NCBI GenBank assembly: GCA_016197005.1 | Contig: JACPWO010000002.1 | Span: forward strand, 146,178-210,177 | From: Candidatus Anderseniibacteriota bacterium | GTDB lineage: Bacteria > Patescibacteriota > Andersenbacteria > UBA10190 | Reading direction: 5' to 3' | DNA length: 64,000 bases | In this document: piece after piece, positions 37,763 to 48,646 of the stretch | How positions within the stretch are numbered: position 1 is the stretch's first letter | Layout of the letters: each line of letters starts with the position of its first letter | The notes under the pieces: generated by a model | The model's input: the letters and a program-made list of their open reading frames with translations, nothing else | Told to the model about the DNA's origin: nothing | Database searches by the model: none | Made by a program: the position numbers and the translations under genes

Positions 37763-40153
37763 ATGCCATACAATCCCACAGAGATAGAAAAGAAGTGGCA
37801 GAAGTACTGGAAAGACCAGAGTATTTTTACGACTGAAGATAATACGGAAAAGCCAAAGAAATACATCTTGGATATGTTCCCATATCCTTCTGGTAGTGGT
37901 TTACACGTCGGTCACCCAAAAGGATATATTGCCACGGATATTTTTTCTCGATATTACCGCATGTGTGGCTATCGCGTACTTCATCCTATGGGGTGGGATG
38001 CATTTGGCTTGCCAGCTGAAAACTATGCTATTGCTAACAAGGTTCATCCGAGAGTGGCGGTAGAGAAGAACGTTCAACGTTTTAAGGAGCAGCTTGAGAT
38101 CATTGGTTTTGACTATGATTGGGACAGAGAAATAAATACGACTGACCCACAGTATTACAAATGGACACAGTGGATTTTCCTACAGCTATTGAAAGCTGGG
38201 CTGGCCTATGAGTCCCATGAGCCCATTAATTGGTGTCCGGTAGATAAAACGGGACTTGCTAATGAAGATGTTGAAAATGGTCGGTGCGAACGCTGTGGAG
38301 CGTTAGTGGAGCTGCGTCCCATGCGACAGTGGGTGCTTAAGATTCGTGATTACGCTGAAAAATTGATCGACGGATTAGAAGAGCTAGATTGGCCACACTC
38401 CATTAAAGAGTCTCAACGTAACTGGATTGGGCGATCAGAAGGTGCGCTGATTACATTTAAAGCGTCGAATATTGATCTATCAGTGTTTACTACCCGCCCA
38501 GATACAATATTTGGAGTTACGTATATGGTAATTGCTCCGGAACATGAATTAGTGGAGAGATTACTTGTATCGAAAGCAGTGAAAAATGCGGAAGAAGTAA
38601 GGGAATATGTCGAGCAGACAAAAAACAAATCCGAATTGCAGCGTAAAGAAGACGAGAAGGAAAAAACGGGAGTTGAAATTAAGGGAATACAAATAACCAA
38701 TCCAGCCACGGGTGAAAAGGTTCCAGTTTTCGTTGCCGACTACGTTCTTATGGGGTATGGCACCGGCGCGATTATGGCCGTACCGGCTCATGATGAGCGA
38801 GATTTTGCATTCGCGAAAAAATATAACCTGCCTATCAGAGAAGTGATATCTGCTGGTGAATTACCTTCTATTGCTGATGGAAAACTTGTTAACTCGGGAG
38901 AATTTAATGGACTGCCTAGCGAAGAAGCAAAAAAGAAAATTACGCAGTGGTTACAAGAAAAAGGAATCGGTGAAGCGAAAGTAGATTACAAGCTTCGTGA
39001 TTGGGTATTTTCTCGTCAGCGGTATTGGGGTGAGCCAATTCCTATAATTCATTGCGAAACATGCGGTGTCGTACCTGTGCCCGAAAAAGATTTACCGGTC
39101 GAATTACCAGCAGTTGAACACTATGAGCCAACCGGTACGGGAGAATCTCCGCTCGCTAACATTGAAGAGTGGGTAAATGTATCTTGTCCGAACTGCAAGG
39201 GGAGTGCGAAGCGAGAAACAAATACTATGCCGCAATGGGCTGGTTCTTCTTGGTACTATCTTAGATATATGGATCCGAAGAATACAGACGTATTAGTAGA
39301 TAAAGAGAAAGAAAAACAATGGATGCCGGTAGATATGTATGTGGGCGGGGCTGAACATGCTACTCGTCATCTCATTTACGCCCGCTTTTGGCACCGCTTT
39401 TTGTATGACCAGGGGTATGTAAGTACGTCGGAGCCATTTATGCGGTTGCAACATGTTGGCCTTATTTCTGGAGAAGACGGACGTAAAATGAGTAAACGTT
39501 GGGGTAATGTCATTAACCCCGATGATGTGGTACACGAGTACGGTGCCGATACACTGCGGGTATATGAAATGTTTATGGGGCCATTTAGCAGCGGCGCAAT
39601 GTGGAGTACGGCTAGTATTAGGGGGGCAAGACGGTTCTTAGAACGAATCTGGGAAATTGCCGAAAAGCCTATTAACAAAGAAGAGGTTTCTGATGAAGTA
39701 AATCTAGCGTTGCATCGAACTATAAAGCGCGTAACCGAGGGGATTGAGCAATTCAGATTTAATACTGGCATTGCCGCCATGATGGAATTAGTAAACGTGC
39801 TTGAGAAAAAAGATTTTTCACGAGAAGTTATACAAAACTTTATTCTCATTCTCTCTCCCTTCGCCCCACATATTGCTGAGGAGTTATGGCAAAAGATGGG
39901 AAATACAGAATCAATTGCATACCATCCTTGGCCGAAATATGACGGAAAATTACTGTCTGAAGCGGATGTCACTATTCCTATTCAAATAAATGGAAAGGTA
40001 CGTGGGGAACTGACGGTTGCCGCTGGTGCCGATCAAGGAACTGTGGAGAGCAAAGCCAGAGAATTACCTAATGTTCAAAAACATCTAGAGGGTAAAGAAG
40101 TTCGCAAAGTTATTTACGTTCAGGATCGATTGCTCAATATAGTAGTGAGCTAG
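37763..40153 (+). CDS. leuS: Leucine--tRNA ligase
   Basis: MFPYPSGSGLHVGH, FTTRPDT, KMSKR. Confidence 0.97.
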   Translation: MPYNPTEIEKKWQKYWKDQSIFTTEDNTEKPKKYILDMFPYPSGSGLHVGHPKGYIATDIFSRYYRMCGYRVLHPMGWDAFGLPAENYAIANKVHPRVAVEKNVQRFKEQLEIIGFDYDWDREINTTDPQYYKWTQWIFLQLLKAGLAYESHEPINWCPVDKTGLANEDVENGRCERCGALVELRPMRQWVLKIRDYAEKLIDGLEELDWPHSIKESQRNWIGRSEGALITFKASNIDLSVFTTRPDTIFGVTYMVIAPEHELVERLLVSKAVKNAEEVREYVEQTKNKSELQRKEDEKEKTGVEIKGIQITNPATGEKVPVFVADYVLMGYGTGAIMAVPAHDERDFAFAKKYNLPIREVISAGELPSIADGKLVNSGEFNGLPSEEAKKKITQWLQEKGIGEAKVDYKLRDWVFSRQRYWGEPIPIIHCETCGVVPVPEKDLPVELPAVEHYEPTGTGESPLANIEEWVNVSCPNCKGSAKRETNTMPQWAGSSWYYLRYMDPKNTDVLVDKEKEKQWMPVDMYVGGAEHATRHLIYARFWHRFLYDQGYVSTSEPFMRLQHVGLISGEDGRKMSKRWGNVINPDDVVHEYGADTLRVYEMFMGPFSSGAMWSTASIRGARRFLERIWEIAEKPINKEEVSDEVNLALHRTIKRVTEGIEQFRFNTGIAAMMELVNVLEKKDFSREVIQNFILILSPFAPHIAEELWQKMGNTESIAYHPWPKYDGKLLSEADVTIPIQINGKVRGELTVAAGADQGTVESKARELPNVQKHLEGKEVRKVIYVQDRLLNIVVS

Positions 40154-40191
40154 CGGAGCATCATCTAGTGCGAGGTGCTATTATTTCTTCT

Positions 40192-43100
40192 ATGCCTTCC
40201 GTAGGCTCTCGTTTTCGTATACGCAGGCGCAGATCTCCATTTGCCGCTGTGCTTCCAGCCGCTCGATCATTCCTTACGTTTGGTCTGGTTATGGCAATGC
40301 TGGTAAGTATTTATCAGCACTTTACTTCTCCTTGGGAAGTAGGTGCTTTGGAGTTTACGCCGCATGTGGTGGGTTCGGAGGGTGAAGCTAGTGGTATTCT
40401 CGGTATCGACTCAGCGGACATGGATGGTGATGGGGATATAGATATCGTTACGGCAGGGAATGATGGAATTAAAGTGTATGAACAAGACGGTAAAGGCCGA
40501 GAAACATATACTTCAAAAATTATTGATGACCAAGATGGCATTCACATTCAGATCATTGATTTTAACGACGATGATAACCCTGACATTTTAGTCACGCTTG
40601 CTGGTTCATCGAGTGTGAAGTGGTACAAGAACGAAGGCGGTCTCGAATTCAGCGGCGCCTTTATTGGTACTGGCAGTAACGGCCAGGCCTTTGGAATTGA
40701 TTTAGATAGCGATGGTGACAACGACATTGTTGTTGCTGCTTCGGAAAGTGAAACATATGTCATGCGGGCGTGGTTTAACGATGGCACTGGATCTTTTGCG
40801 TCTACAACTATTACCTCAAGTGGCGATCCAACAGTAACGGCGATAGGAGCAGGAGATTTTGATGGGGAAGGCTATCCTGACATTGCTGTTTCCGGAAGTG
40901 GTGGTATTAAAGTATTCGATACCGCTGATGGGTCTACCTGGACTCGCTATGACGTAGATACAGATAATACTGATCACACCTATCTTGTGGTAGCAGATGT
41001 AAATAGTGATGAGAAGCCAGATATTACACTGACCCGACAGAATGGTGATGCTATTGAATATTATCGCTACAGTGGTGTAAATGAGTTTGAGAAAAATACA
41101 GTCGATACAGATATCGATGCCACCATTGTTCGCGTATCAGATCTGGATGAAGACGGCGACGAAGATTTAATTGTTACTGCCCAAGATGATAACACTATCT
41201 TTTGGTACGAAAATAACGGCGAAGAAGAATTTACTCAAAGAACACTAGCCAGCGACGTTACAACCGTGTTCGGTGTAACCACTGACGATTTTGATGGTGA
41301 TGGCGATTTAGATTTTGCGGCTGGTAACCATGCCGAAGGCACTATTCTGTGGTATGAACAGACACTCTCAAAGCCGGTTGCTACTGTTCCTTCTAATATT
41401 CGTCAGACAACTGATGGCGCAGGGCGCGTTACGTTTGATACTATCGTCTCTGATGACGATTTTGAGCAAACGCGCCTGCGCATTCAATATTCAACCGATG
41501 GTACTACCTGGCACAAGCCATGGCTGCTGCGTGTAACACCAGCTAAGGGTTCGGTTGATCTTAAAAATAGCAATGGATACCAAGTTGGTACGAGCAACGG
41601 TATAGATACTGACGATAACGCATCCGTAAAACTAACGCTGTTATGGGATACAAAGAGTTCAGAAAATACCGGCGGACCAATAAAGGGGGACGTCAATACG
41701 GTGCAACTACGAATAATTCCCAATGATGGAAATGGCAACGGAGATACGGTAGTAAGCTCAAAGTTTAGAGTAGATAACAGCGGTCCCAGCGGTCTTTCTG
41801 GTCTTACGGTTACGGGTACTTCGGAGACTTCAGTTGCCTTGTCCTGGAACAAACCAACAGATAGCTCGACCTATGTGTATCAGATTTTTTATGGTACCGA
41901 TCACGCCGCTGTGCTCGAACAACGAGCTACGGCGTGGGATGAGGACGATGATGCTGACATGAATGACATCGAAGCTACGTCTACTACCATAACGGGCCTT
42001 ACTCAAAATACGACCTATACATTTAAGATTTTTGCTACGGACGCATTCGGTAATATTGCAGCTGCGCCTAGTGTTCGTGGTACTGCACATTCTACTATCC
42101 CAACTCCAACACCCACTGCGGCGACAATAACTCCTACCCCGACGTTAGCTCCGGGTGCTACGCCACCGCCAGCTACCCCCACTCCAACTCCGACGCCAAT
42201 TTCCAGCGAACCGTTGTTTGGCACTCCTACCCCAACCCCTACAGCTACTCCTGGTGTAGAAATCTCTTCAACCCCAACTCCGACAGCGACGCCACCATCG
42301 ACGACGTTTGAAAATGAACCACCAATTGCTGACGCGGGTCTTAATCAGGCAGTGAATCCTTCTGCTCTCGTTATTCTTGATGGTTCAGCTTCAACTGATC
42401 TTGATAACGAACCATTGTCATTTGTCTGGCGACAGTTATCGGGACCCGCGGTTGAGCTTGTCTCGGAGCGTACCGCTACTCCTTCTTTCTCGGCTGGTGA
42501 AGAAAATGAAACATATATTTTTGCACTGACCGTTCGCGACCGATCCGGGGCATCGGCAGGCGACACTGTTACAGTTGCAGTAAGGCCTTTACCACCCGTT
42601 GCCGGCGTGCCAGTTGAGACCGGCGAAGAACCGGGCGTCGTAACTCCTACTGAATCAACTTCACCTTTTATCCAGCGAATACTATCTCCGCTAGATATTG
42701 GTCTTCTTCTCTTGGCGCTCTTGCTGACGGCTGTATCCCTCCTGGAGCGCGTATTCCGCAGCGTAACGGGCCGAACACTCGGTGAGGAAAGTACTCAAGT
42801 AGAATCTTCGAAAGGAAAAGTTGTGCACTTCAGAACAGGTGAAGCAATCAGTGGAGCACTCGTATTGGTGTATAGCGAAGATGGAAAATTACGATCTCGT
42901 GAGCGAACGAATGCGAAAGGAGAATTTGCGACCCTATTTCCACCAGGGCAATACACGATTGGCGTTCAGTCGGAAAATTTTACGTTCTCACCGGCTGCTT
43001 CACCAACTATTAAACCGGAATCCGGTATTCTCTATTCTGGTGGGAAAATTACAGTACCGACTGCGGGCAAACCGCTCTCAATTGTTATCCCTATGAAGCC

Positions 43101-43623
43101 AACTGGCCGAGAAATTACTGCCCTGCGTACCCGCTTCTTGCATATTTGGCAGGGGACACAACAATGGAGCCGTCTAGCTTCATGGCCGGTATTTATCTTT
43201 GGTTCGCTTCTTAATACCGTTCTCATCTTTCTATCTCCAAGTCCCCTGTATCTTGGTATTGAGGTAGCCTATGTCATCTTGATCATTATCAAGGTTGCGC
43301 TTGAGGTGAGAATGCGACCGGCGTATGGCTTAGTGCGTGATGCCATTACTCATGTTCCCGCTGACTTATCGGTTGTCCGGTTATTTGAACAGGGAACAAA
43401 CAGGTTGGTTATGACTCGAGTGACAGACTCGCAAGGAAAATTCTTTGCACTACCACCAACTGGAACGTATACCGTTACGGTTACTAAATCTGGTTACGCT
43501 ATCTTCTCAAAAGAGAATGTAAAAATTACCTCGGAGCATGACTCTGTTTTGCAGATGACAGCTGATCTTATGCCGGTTGCTCCGCAAAGTGCGCTGGCTC
43601 AAGCACGCACGGCAATTTTGTAA
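40192..43623 (+). CDS. Large surface protein: FG-GAP/VCBS repeats, FN3, Pro-Thr linker, PKD-like domain, TMs and carboxypeptidase-regulatory-like domains
   Basis: Repeated D(M/F/L)DGDGDxDI motifs, TTYTFKIFATDAFGN, (PT)n, PIADAG..Q, TNAKGEF/TDSQGKF. Confidence 0.8.
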   Translation: MPSVGSRFRIRRRRSPFAAVLPAARSFLTFGLVMAMLVSIYQHFTSPWEVGALEFTPHVVGSEGEASGILGIDSADMDGDGDIDIVTAGNDGIKVYEQDGKGRETYTSKIIDDQDGIHIQIIDFNDDDNPDILVTLAGSSSVKWYKNEGGLEFSGAFIGTGSNGQAFGIDLDSDGDNDIVVAASESETYVMRAWFNDGTGSFASTTITSSGDPTVTAIGAGDFDGEGYPDIAVSGSGGIKVFDTADGSTWTRYDVDTDNTDHTYLVVADVNSDEKPDITLTRQNGDAIEYYRYSGVNEFEKNTVDTDIDATIVRVSDLDEDGDEDLIVTAQDDNTIFWYENNGEEEFTQRTLASDVTTVFGVTTDDFDGDGDLDFAAGNHAEGTILWYEQTLSKPVATVPSNIRQTTDGAGRVTFDTIVSDDDFEQTRLRIQYSTDGTTWHKPWLLRVTPAKGSVDLKNSNGYQVGTSNGIDTDDNASVKLTLLWDTKSSENTGGPIKGDVNTVQLRIIPNDGNGNGDTVVSSKFRVDNSGPSGLSGLTVTGTSETSVALSWNKPTDSSTYVYQIFYGTDHAAVLEQRATAWDEDDDADMNDIEATSTTITGLTQNTTYTFKIFATDAFGNIAAAPSVRGTAHSTIPTPTPTAATITPTPTLAPGATPPPATPTPTPTPISSEPLFGTPTPTPTATPGVEISSTPTPTATPPSTTFENEPPIADAGLNQAVNPSALVILDGSASTDLDNEPLSFVWRQLSGPAVELVSERTATPSFSAGEENETYIFALTVRDRSGASAGDTVTVAVRPLPPVAGVPVETGEEPGVVTPTESTSPFIQRILSPLDIGLLLLALLLTAVSLLERVFRSVTGRTLGEESTQVESSKGKVVHFRTGEAISGALVLVYSEDGKLRSRERTNAKGEFATLFPPGQYTIGVQSENFTFSPAASPTIKPESGILYSGGKITVPTAGKPLSIVIPMKPTGREITALRTRFLHIWQGTQQWSRLASWPVFIFGSLLNTVLIFLSPSPLYLGIEVAYVILIIIKVALEVRMRPAYGLVRDAITHVPADLSVVRLFEQGTNRLVMTRVTDSQGKFFALPPTGTYTVTVTKSGYAIFSKENVKITSEHDSVLQMTADLMPVAPQSALAQARTAIL

Positions 43624-43677
43624 TATAAAAATGAAGTTCAGCCTTTTTCTTTTCATACCGTTTGTTACTATCTTTTT

Positions 43678-44370
43678 ATGCAGGCAGTAATCTTAATGGC
43701 CGGTAAGGGTACTCGTTGGGCTAAGTACTACCAAGGTCCAAAACAGCTCACCCCACTTGCTGGAAAACCAGTGCTCGACCATTTGCTCGATGCGCTGCCT
43801 TCAGAGGTAACTGAGTTAGTCTTTATTGTTGGTGGACCTCACGAACCAACCCTTCGGGAATATTTCAAATCAAGGGAACATAATGGCCGGCCTATTACCT
43901 TTATTGTGCAAAAGGAACAGCTGGGATTAGCACATGCCTTTCGAGTTGCGAAGGATATTGTAAAAGGTCGCTGGTTGGGAGCGGTTGCTGATGACATCAT
44001 TGACCCAGCGGGCCTTAAAAAATTATTTGATCACGATCTTTCCATACTTGCCTTCCGAGTTCCAAACCCATCAAGCTTCGGAGTGCTAGTTACTGATGAG
44101 AACCACAACCTCGTCCGTGCAGTAGAAAAGCCAAAGGAGTATATCTCTGATCTCGTGTGGACGGGGCAAATGATTATGGATGAGCGATTTTTCAATATTG
44201 AAATTGAGCCGTCAGCGCGCGGTGAATACGAAACCCCTGATGTTTGGATGAAGTTGATGGCAGAGGGGGCAACAATAAAAGTAGTGGAAGCAGATATGTG
44301 GCTTCCTATAAACGACAAGGATCAACTAATGGCTGCTGAGAAAGTATTGGGATCAGCCACGTCCGATTGA
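43678..44370 (+). CDS. Sugar-phosphate nucleotidyltransferase
   Basis: AVILMAGKGTR, Q.EQLGLAHA, VEKP, SARGEYE. Confidence 0.9.
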   Translation: MQAVILMAGKGTRWAKYYQGPKQLTPLAGKPVLDHLLDALPSEVTELVFIVGGPHEPTLREYFKSREHNGRPITFIVQKEQLGLAHAFRVAKDIVKGRWLGAVADDIIDPAGLKKLFDHDLSILAFRVPNPSSFGVLVTDENHNLVRAVEKPKEYISDLVWTGQMIMDERFFNIEIEPSARGEYETPDVWMKLMAEGATIKVVEADMWLPINDKDQLMAAEKVLGSATSD

Positions 44371-45672
44371 GTGATATACGAATCCGAGTTTTTCCATCTC
44401 TGCTGGCTTGAACATGTTGCGACCATCAATGATTACCGGATCTTTCAGAAGTTTAGTGACTTTATCCCAATCTGGTGTTTCAAACTCTTTCCACTCAGTC
44501 ATTATTACCAAGGCATCCGCACCTTTTAGTGCATCATACATATCTTTTTCGTAAGAAACTTTATCTCCCAGTACAAATTTTGCAGTCTCCGTCGCTTCCG
44601 GATCATACGCTTGTATTTTAAATCCTTTCTTTTTAAGTGATTCAACCACTGTGATTGAAGGCGCCTCACGCATGTCGTCAGTATTTGGTTTAAAGGCAAG
44701 TCCCCACATAGCGAGTGTTTTTCCTTTTTTACCGCCCACCGCGTTAGTAATTTTCTTAATAAAAAAGTTGCGAGCTTCTTTGTTGACCGATTCTGTGTCT
44801 TTTAAGAGGTTAAAGTCATATCCATGTTTTTCCGCAATCTTTACGAAAGCCGAAACATCTTTGGGAAAACAGGAACCACCATACCCAACTCCCGCCTTTA
44901 AGAAGCTGCTACCAATGCGTTTATCCATACCAATACCCTTGGCGACGTCATCAATATTTCCACCAGTGAGTTCACAAATTTGAGCGACGGCATTAATGAA
45001 GGAGATCTTGGTGGCGAGGAACGAGTTGCTGGCATATTTAATAAGCTCAGCACTCTTTACGTCAGTAACAAATAACTGCATGGGAAGTGGAGCGTAAATT
45101 TCTCGCATTACTTTCTCGGCTCGTTTGTTTGATACGCCAATAACATGACGATCGCCAGTCATGAAGTCTTCAATGGCTGAGCCCTCACGCAAGAATTCTG
45201 GATTGCTGACAACATCAAAATCTATTTTCTTCTTGTTATGCTTTGCTAGAATCTTCGCCACAAAGTCTCCGGTTGTTGGTGGCACTGTACTTTTGTTTAC
45301 TACAATCTTGTATGCATCTGCTGCCTGAGCAATTTGCGTAGCAGCACCTTCAACATACGAAAGATCGGCGTGACCATCTTTATCTGGGGGAGTTTGGACA
45401 GCAATAAAAATAATGTCAGATTCTTGTACTGCCTTAGCTAAGTCAGTCGTAAAAGAAAGGCGTCCCGCTTTTACGTTTTTCTTAATAAGAGTATCGAGAC
45501 CGGGTTCGTAAATAGGGACGAGGCCACGACGGAGTTTATCGACTGTTTCTTGCTTGCGGTCAACCAAAATAACCTTATGGCCGATATCGGAAAGGCAGGT
45601 TCCAGATACGAGGCCGACGTAGCCAGCGCCAATGAAGGCGAGCTTGTGTCGGAAGTGCTTATGAGTTGGCAT
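44353..45672 (-). CDS. ugd: UDP-glucose 6-dehydrogenase
   Basis: GAGYVGL, KSTVP, SNPEFLREG, GYGGSCFPKD, FKPNTDD. Confidence 0.95.
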   Translation of the reverse strand: MPTHKHFRHKLAFIGAGYVGLVSGTCLSDIGHKVILVDRKQETVDKLRRGLVPIYEPGLDTLIKKNVKAGRLSFTTDLAKAVQESDIIFIAVQTPPDKDGHADLSYVEGAATQIAQAADAYKIVVNKSTVPPTTGDFVAKILAKHNKKKIDFDVVSNPEFLREGSAIEDFMTGDRHVIGVSNKRAEKVMREIYAPLPMQLFVTDVKSAELIKYASNSFLATKISFINAVAQICELTGGNIDDVAKGIGMDKRIGSSFLKAGVGYGGSCFPKDVSAFVKIAEKHGYDFNLLKDTESVNKEARNFFIKKITNAVGGKKGKTLAMWGLAFKPNTDDMREAPSITVVESLKKKGFKIQAYDPEATETAKFVLGDKVSYEKDMYDALKGADALVIMTEWKEFETPDWDKVTKLLKDPVIIDGRNMFKPAEMEKLGFVYHSIGRG

Positions 45673-45726
45673 TGGTTTCGATTGTTAACTTAAGAATAGA
45701 GGCTGTCAACTGCTATACTATAATGC

Positions 45727-46905
45727 ATGTCGGTATTCGGGTATTCAACTTTGGCTCGCTGGGGTGAGACGTTGTTTCACCTTAAAATGACGCCAGAATT
45801 AAAAGAGCTCTATCTCTTCTCGCTATTGTCTTCCTCTGCCTTTGCCTTAGTTGCTATTTTTGAGCCAGTCTTTTTTTACCAGGAAGGTTTTTCACTTTCT
45901 TTCATTGCTCTCTATTACGCTTTCCATTACACCGTGTATGTTTTTCTGCTGCCACTAGGTGGCATGTTCGCCTCACGCTTTGGAGTGGAGCGTGGTATTT
46001 CACTTTCACTACCATTTTTCGTTTTATATTTTTTGACACTGGCAGCCATCCCATCTAATCACAGTTTTATTTATCTAGCCGGTATTTTACTGACCGTGCA
46101 CAAAATATTTTACTGGCCTTCTTTCCACGCCGATCTCGCAAAGTTTGGTGACAAGGTCAACCGTGGTACCGAACTTTCTTGGATGTCACTCCTTAAAAAC
46201 GGTGTTGGTGTGGTGGGTCCGCTCCTGGGTGGTTTTATAGCGGCAATTTTTGGTTTTCCTGTTTTGTTTATAGCAGTAGCCGTCTTATTACTTCTGTCTG
46301 CATTTCCTTTACTGCGAACGAAAGAAAATTATCATGCCCGCCAAATTACTTACGCTGCGCCTTGGCAGCTAATGGGTCAGCGAAAAAATCGGCGGATGGT
46401 TTTGAGTATGATTGGATGGGGAGAGAACTTTGTTGATCTGGTCTACTGGCCAATTTTTATGTTTATTGTGTTAGGCAGCACAGAACTTTTGGGAGTTGTT
46501 GCTTCTATTACTGTGGCGATGATGACAGCGTTCGGATTTTTTATTGGCGAGATGGCTGACCGATATCCTCGTCGATCGCTTATCCGTCTCCATATCCCTT
46601 TTATGATGGTAGGGCACCTACTGCGCCCTCTATCTGGCGGAATATTTAGATTGTTCTTAACAGAAACGTTTTCTCGCTTAGCGTTTGTGGGTGTACAACT
46701 CCCAACTTTTTACCGACTGTATGAACTATCCCGTCGTAATAGCACGATTACGTACATGGTCGCGATGGAAATGGTGCTGGCCATAACGAAAGCAGTCGTT
46801 GCTTTTACTTTGGCATGGGTGTTTGCCACGCTATTACCTTACGAAGCTTTTTGGGCAGCGTTTGGACTAGCCGCTTTTCTTTCTTTGTTTTACGGGTTTT
46901 TATAG
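45727..46905 (+). CDS. MFS transporter
   Basis: ~12 hydrophobic helices, GPLLGG, GEMADR motifs. Confidence 0.85.
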   Translation: MSVFGYSTLARWGETLFHLKMTPELKELYLFSLLSSSAFALVAIFEPVFFYQEGFSLSFIALYYAFHYTVYVFLLPLGGMFASRFGVERGISLSLPFFVLYFLTLAAIPSNHSFIYLAGILLTVHKIFYWPSFHADLAKFGDKVNRGTELSWMSLLKNGVGVVGPLLGGFIAAIFGFPVLFIAVAVLLLLSAFPLLRTKENYHARQITYAAPWQLMGQRKNRRMVLSMIGWGENFVDLVYWPIFMFIVLGSTELLGVVASITVAMMTAFGFFIGEMADRYPRRSLIRLHIPFMMVGHLLRPLSGGIFRLFLTETFSRLAFVGVQLPTFYRLYELSRRNSTITYMVAMEMVLAITKAVVAFTLAWVFATLLPYEAFWAAFGLAAFLSLFYGFL

Positions 46906-47721
46906 TCGGTACTGTTGGCCGATCTTTTGGATCAACTTATCGTTAGTTAACGCCTGTAAAATTTCTTGAGCTGACCAATCTTTTTCGGATTGCCGCAATT
47001 CATCTTCCAAAAAATCCAGTAATTCTGTTTGCGGCAACATGTGTTTTGGGGAATTGAGTAATTTTTTTATTGCTTTGGCTCGGAATGAGCGAAACGAGCC
47101 GGTGAAGGTACTCTGTTTCACATAATGACGACTGCGTTTGTTGATAGCGGTATTTTTTAGAACAGTTGCACCGTAATCAAAGAGCGCCCAGTGCCATGCT
47201 CTTGGATCTTTCTTCCAAACGGCTTTCTCGGCAATAACGAGAATGTCTTTGTCGGATACATCCTGCTTATTCGGAAAAAAGAAGTGTAAATAAACCCGGC
47301 GAATGTTCGTATCTATAAATGTTTCAATGCTGCCAAACGCAAAACAGGCGACTGCGCCAGCGGTATATGGACCAATACCAGGTAGTTCGATAAGTTCGGC
47401 AGAAGTGCGCGGAAACTTCCCACTATATTTTCTTTCGATAGCTTGAGCGGTTTCTTTTAAGAATCTGGCTCGCCTCCAGTATCCTAGGCCCGACCACACC
47501 GAAAGTAATTTTCCTTCTGGCGCTTTTGCTAAATCCCTTACGGTCGGAAACGTCTGTAAAAATTCTTTGTATTTTGGCAAGACACGACTTACCTGTGTTT
47601 GCTGCAACATGATTTCGGAGACGAGGATTTTGTAAGGATCCTTCGTTTTTCGCCATGGTAGATCTCGTTTATTTTTCTGGTACCAAGAGAGAATTTTTCT
47701 TTGAAAGGCCGCGGTTGTCAT
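46900..47721 (-). CDS. mutY: A/G-specific adenine glycosylase (MutY-like; no Fe-S cysteines, no MutT-like domain)
   Basis: RDLPWR, VSEIMLQQTQV, WSGLGY.RRA, LPGIGPYTA, DTNIRR. Confidence 0.85.
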   Translation of the reverse strand: MTTAAFQRKILSWYQKNKRDLPWRKTKDPYKILVSEIMLQQTQVSRVLPKYKEFLQTFPTVRDLAKAPEGKLLSVWSGLGYWRRARFLKETAQAIERKYSGKFPRTSAELIELPGIGPYTAGAVACFAFGSIETFIDTNIRRVYLHFFFPNKQDVSDKDILVIAEKAVWKKDPRAWHWALFDYGATVLKNTAINKRSRHYVKQSTFTGSFRSFRAKAIKKLLNSPKHMLPQTELLDFLEDELRQSEKDWSAQEILQALTNDKLIQKIGQQYRL

Positions 47722-47724
47722 TTG

Positions 47725-47807
47725 TGCCGAAGGTGGGAATCGAACCCACATGATCTTGCGATCACACGATTTTGAGTCGTGCGCGTCTCCCGTTCCGCCA
47801 CTCCGGC
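47725..47807 (-). tRNA. tRNA-Leu(CAA)
   Basis: GCCGGAGTGGCGGAACGGGAGACGCGCACGACT-CAA-AATCGTG, long variable arm, GTTCGATTCC; CCA not encoded. Confidence 0.95.
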
Positions 47808-47875
47808 CTGCTGTGAAACTGTGTATATGTACTTATTGTCTATCCTTGCCTTTACACAGTACAGTATAACTACAT

Positions 47876-48640
47876 ATGGCTGAAGTGCTGGCGGTCGTCA
47901 ACCAAAAAGGCGGGGTGGGGAAAACTACCACCAGCGTCAATTTGGGATCCTTTTTAGCAAATCAGGGTAAAAAAACATTGGTTGTTGATTTAGATCCGCA
48001 AGCTAATGCTACTGCTGGAGTTGGTCTTAAAGTTCCTGAAAAACAGCCAACGGTGTACGAAGTTATTATTGGCACTGCTTCTCCGGAGCAGGCCATTTTA
48101 ACTACCCGGGTTCCGAACTTGCATATTATGCCCGCAACACCGGATTTAGCTGGAGGAGCTATTGAGCTTATGGACCAACCAAATAGAGAATATCGTTTAC
48201 GGAAGGCTCTTAAAGCTTTGGGCGAACATTACCAGTTCATTCTCATTGATTGTCCACCCAGTCTTGGCCTTCTTACTATTAATGGTTTAGTTGCAGCTGA
48301 TCGTCTCCTCATTCCAGTCCAGTGTGAGTTCTATGCTCTTGAAGGACTTCATCAACTTCTCAATACGATCAAACTTGTTCGCGCTCATCTTAATCCTAAG
48401 CTACAAGTGCTCGGGGCCGTTCTTACAATGTACGATCGACGCACCGCTTTAAATCGTAAGATTGTCAGGGAAGTGCGTAAAACATTCCCCGGTCACGTAT
48501 TTGAAAGCATTATCCCACGCAATACTGAACTGGCGGAGGCGCCGAGCGTCGGAAAGACTATTTTAGAATATGACGCTGACTCGCGGGGAGCGAAGGCCTA
48601 CGAATACTTGTCGGAAGAAGTCATCAGCCTGTATAGTTAA
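47876..48640 (+). CDS. parA: Chromosome partitioning ATPase ParA/Soj
   Basis: NQKGGVGKTT, DLDPQANAT, IDCPPSLG, LAEAPS. Confidence 0.96.
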   Translation: MAEVLAVVNQKGGVGKTTTSVNLGSFLANQGKKTLVVDLDPQANATAGVGLKVPEKQPTVYEVIIGTASPEQAILTTRVPNLHIMPATPDLAGGAIELMDQPNREYRLRKALKALGEHYQFILIDCPPSLGLLTINGLVAADRLLIPVQCEFYALEGLHQLLNTIKLVRAHLNPKLQVLGAVLTMYDRRTALNRKIVREVRKTFPGHVFESIIPRNTELAEAPSVGKTILEYDADSRGAKAYEYLSEEVISLYS

Positions 48641-48646
48641 GAGGTT

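Noticed and set aside
42098-42300. Repetitive ACTCC/ACCCC tract
   Set aside because: Encodes the Pro-Thr linker of the surface protein
46900-47721. MutY without Fe-S cluster, shortened Pth, and ArgRS TLGN motif as novelties
   Set aside because: Consistent with ordinary reductive variants in small genomes
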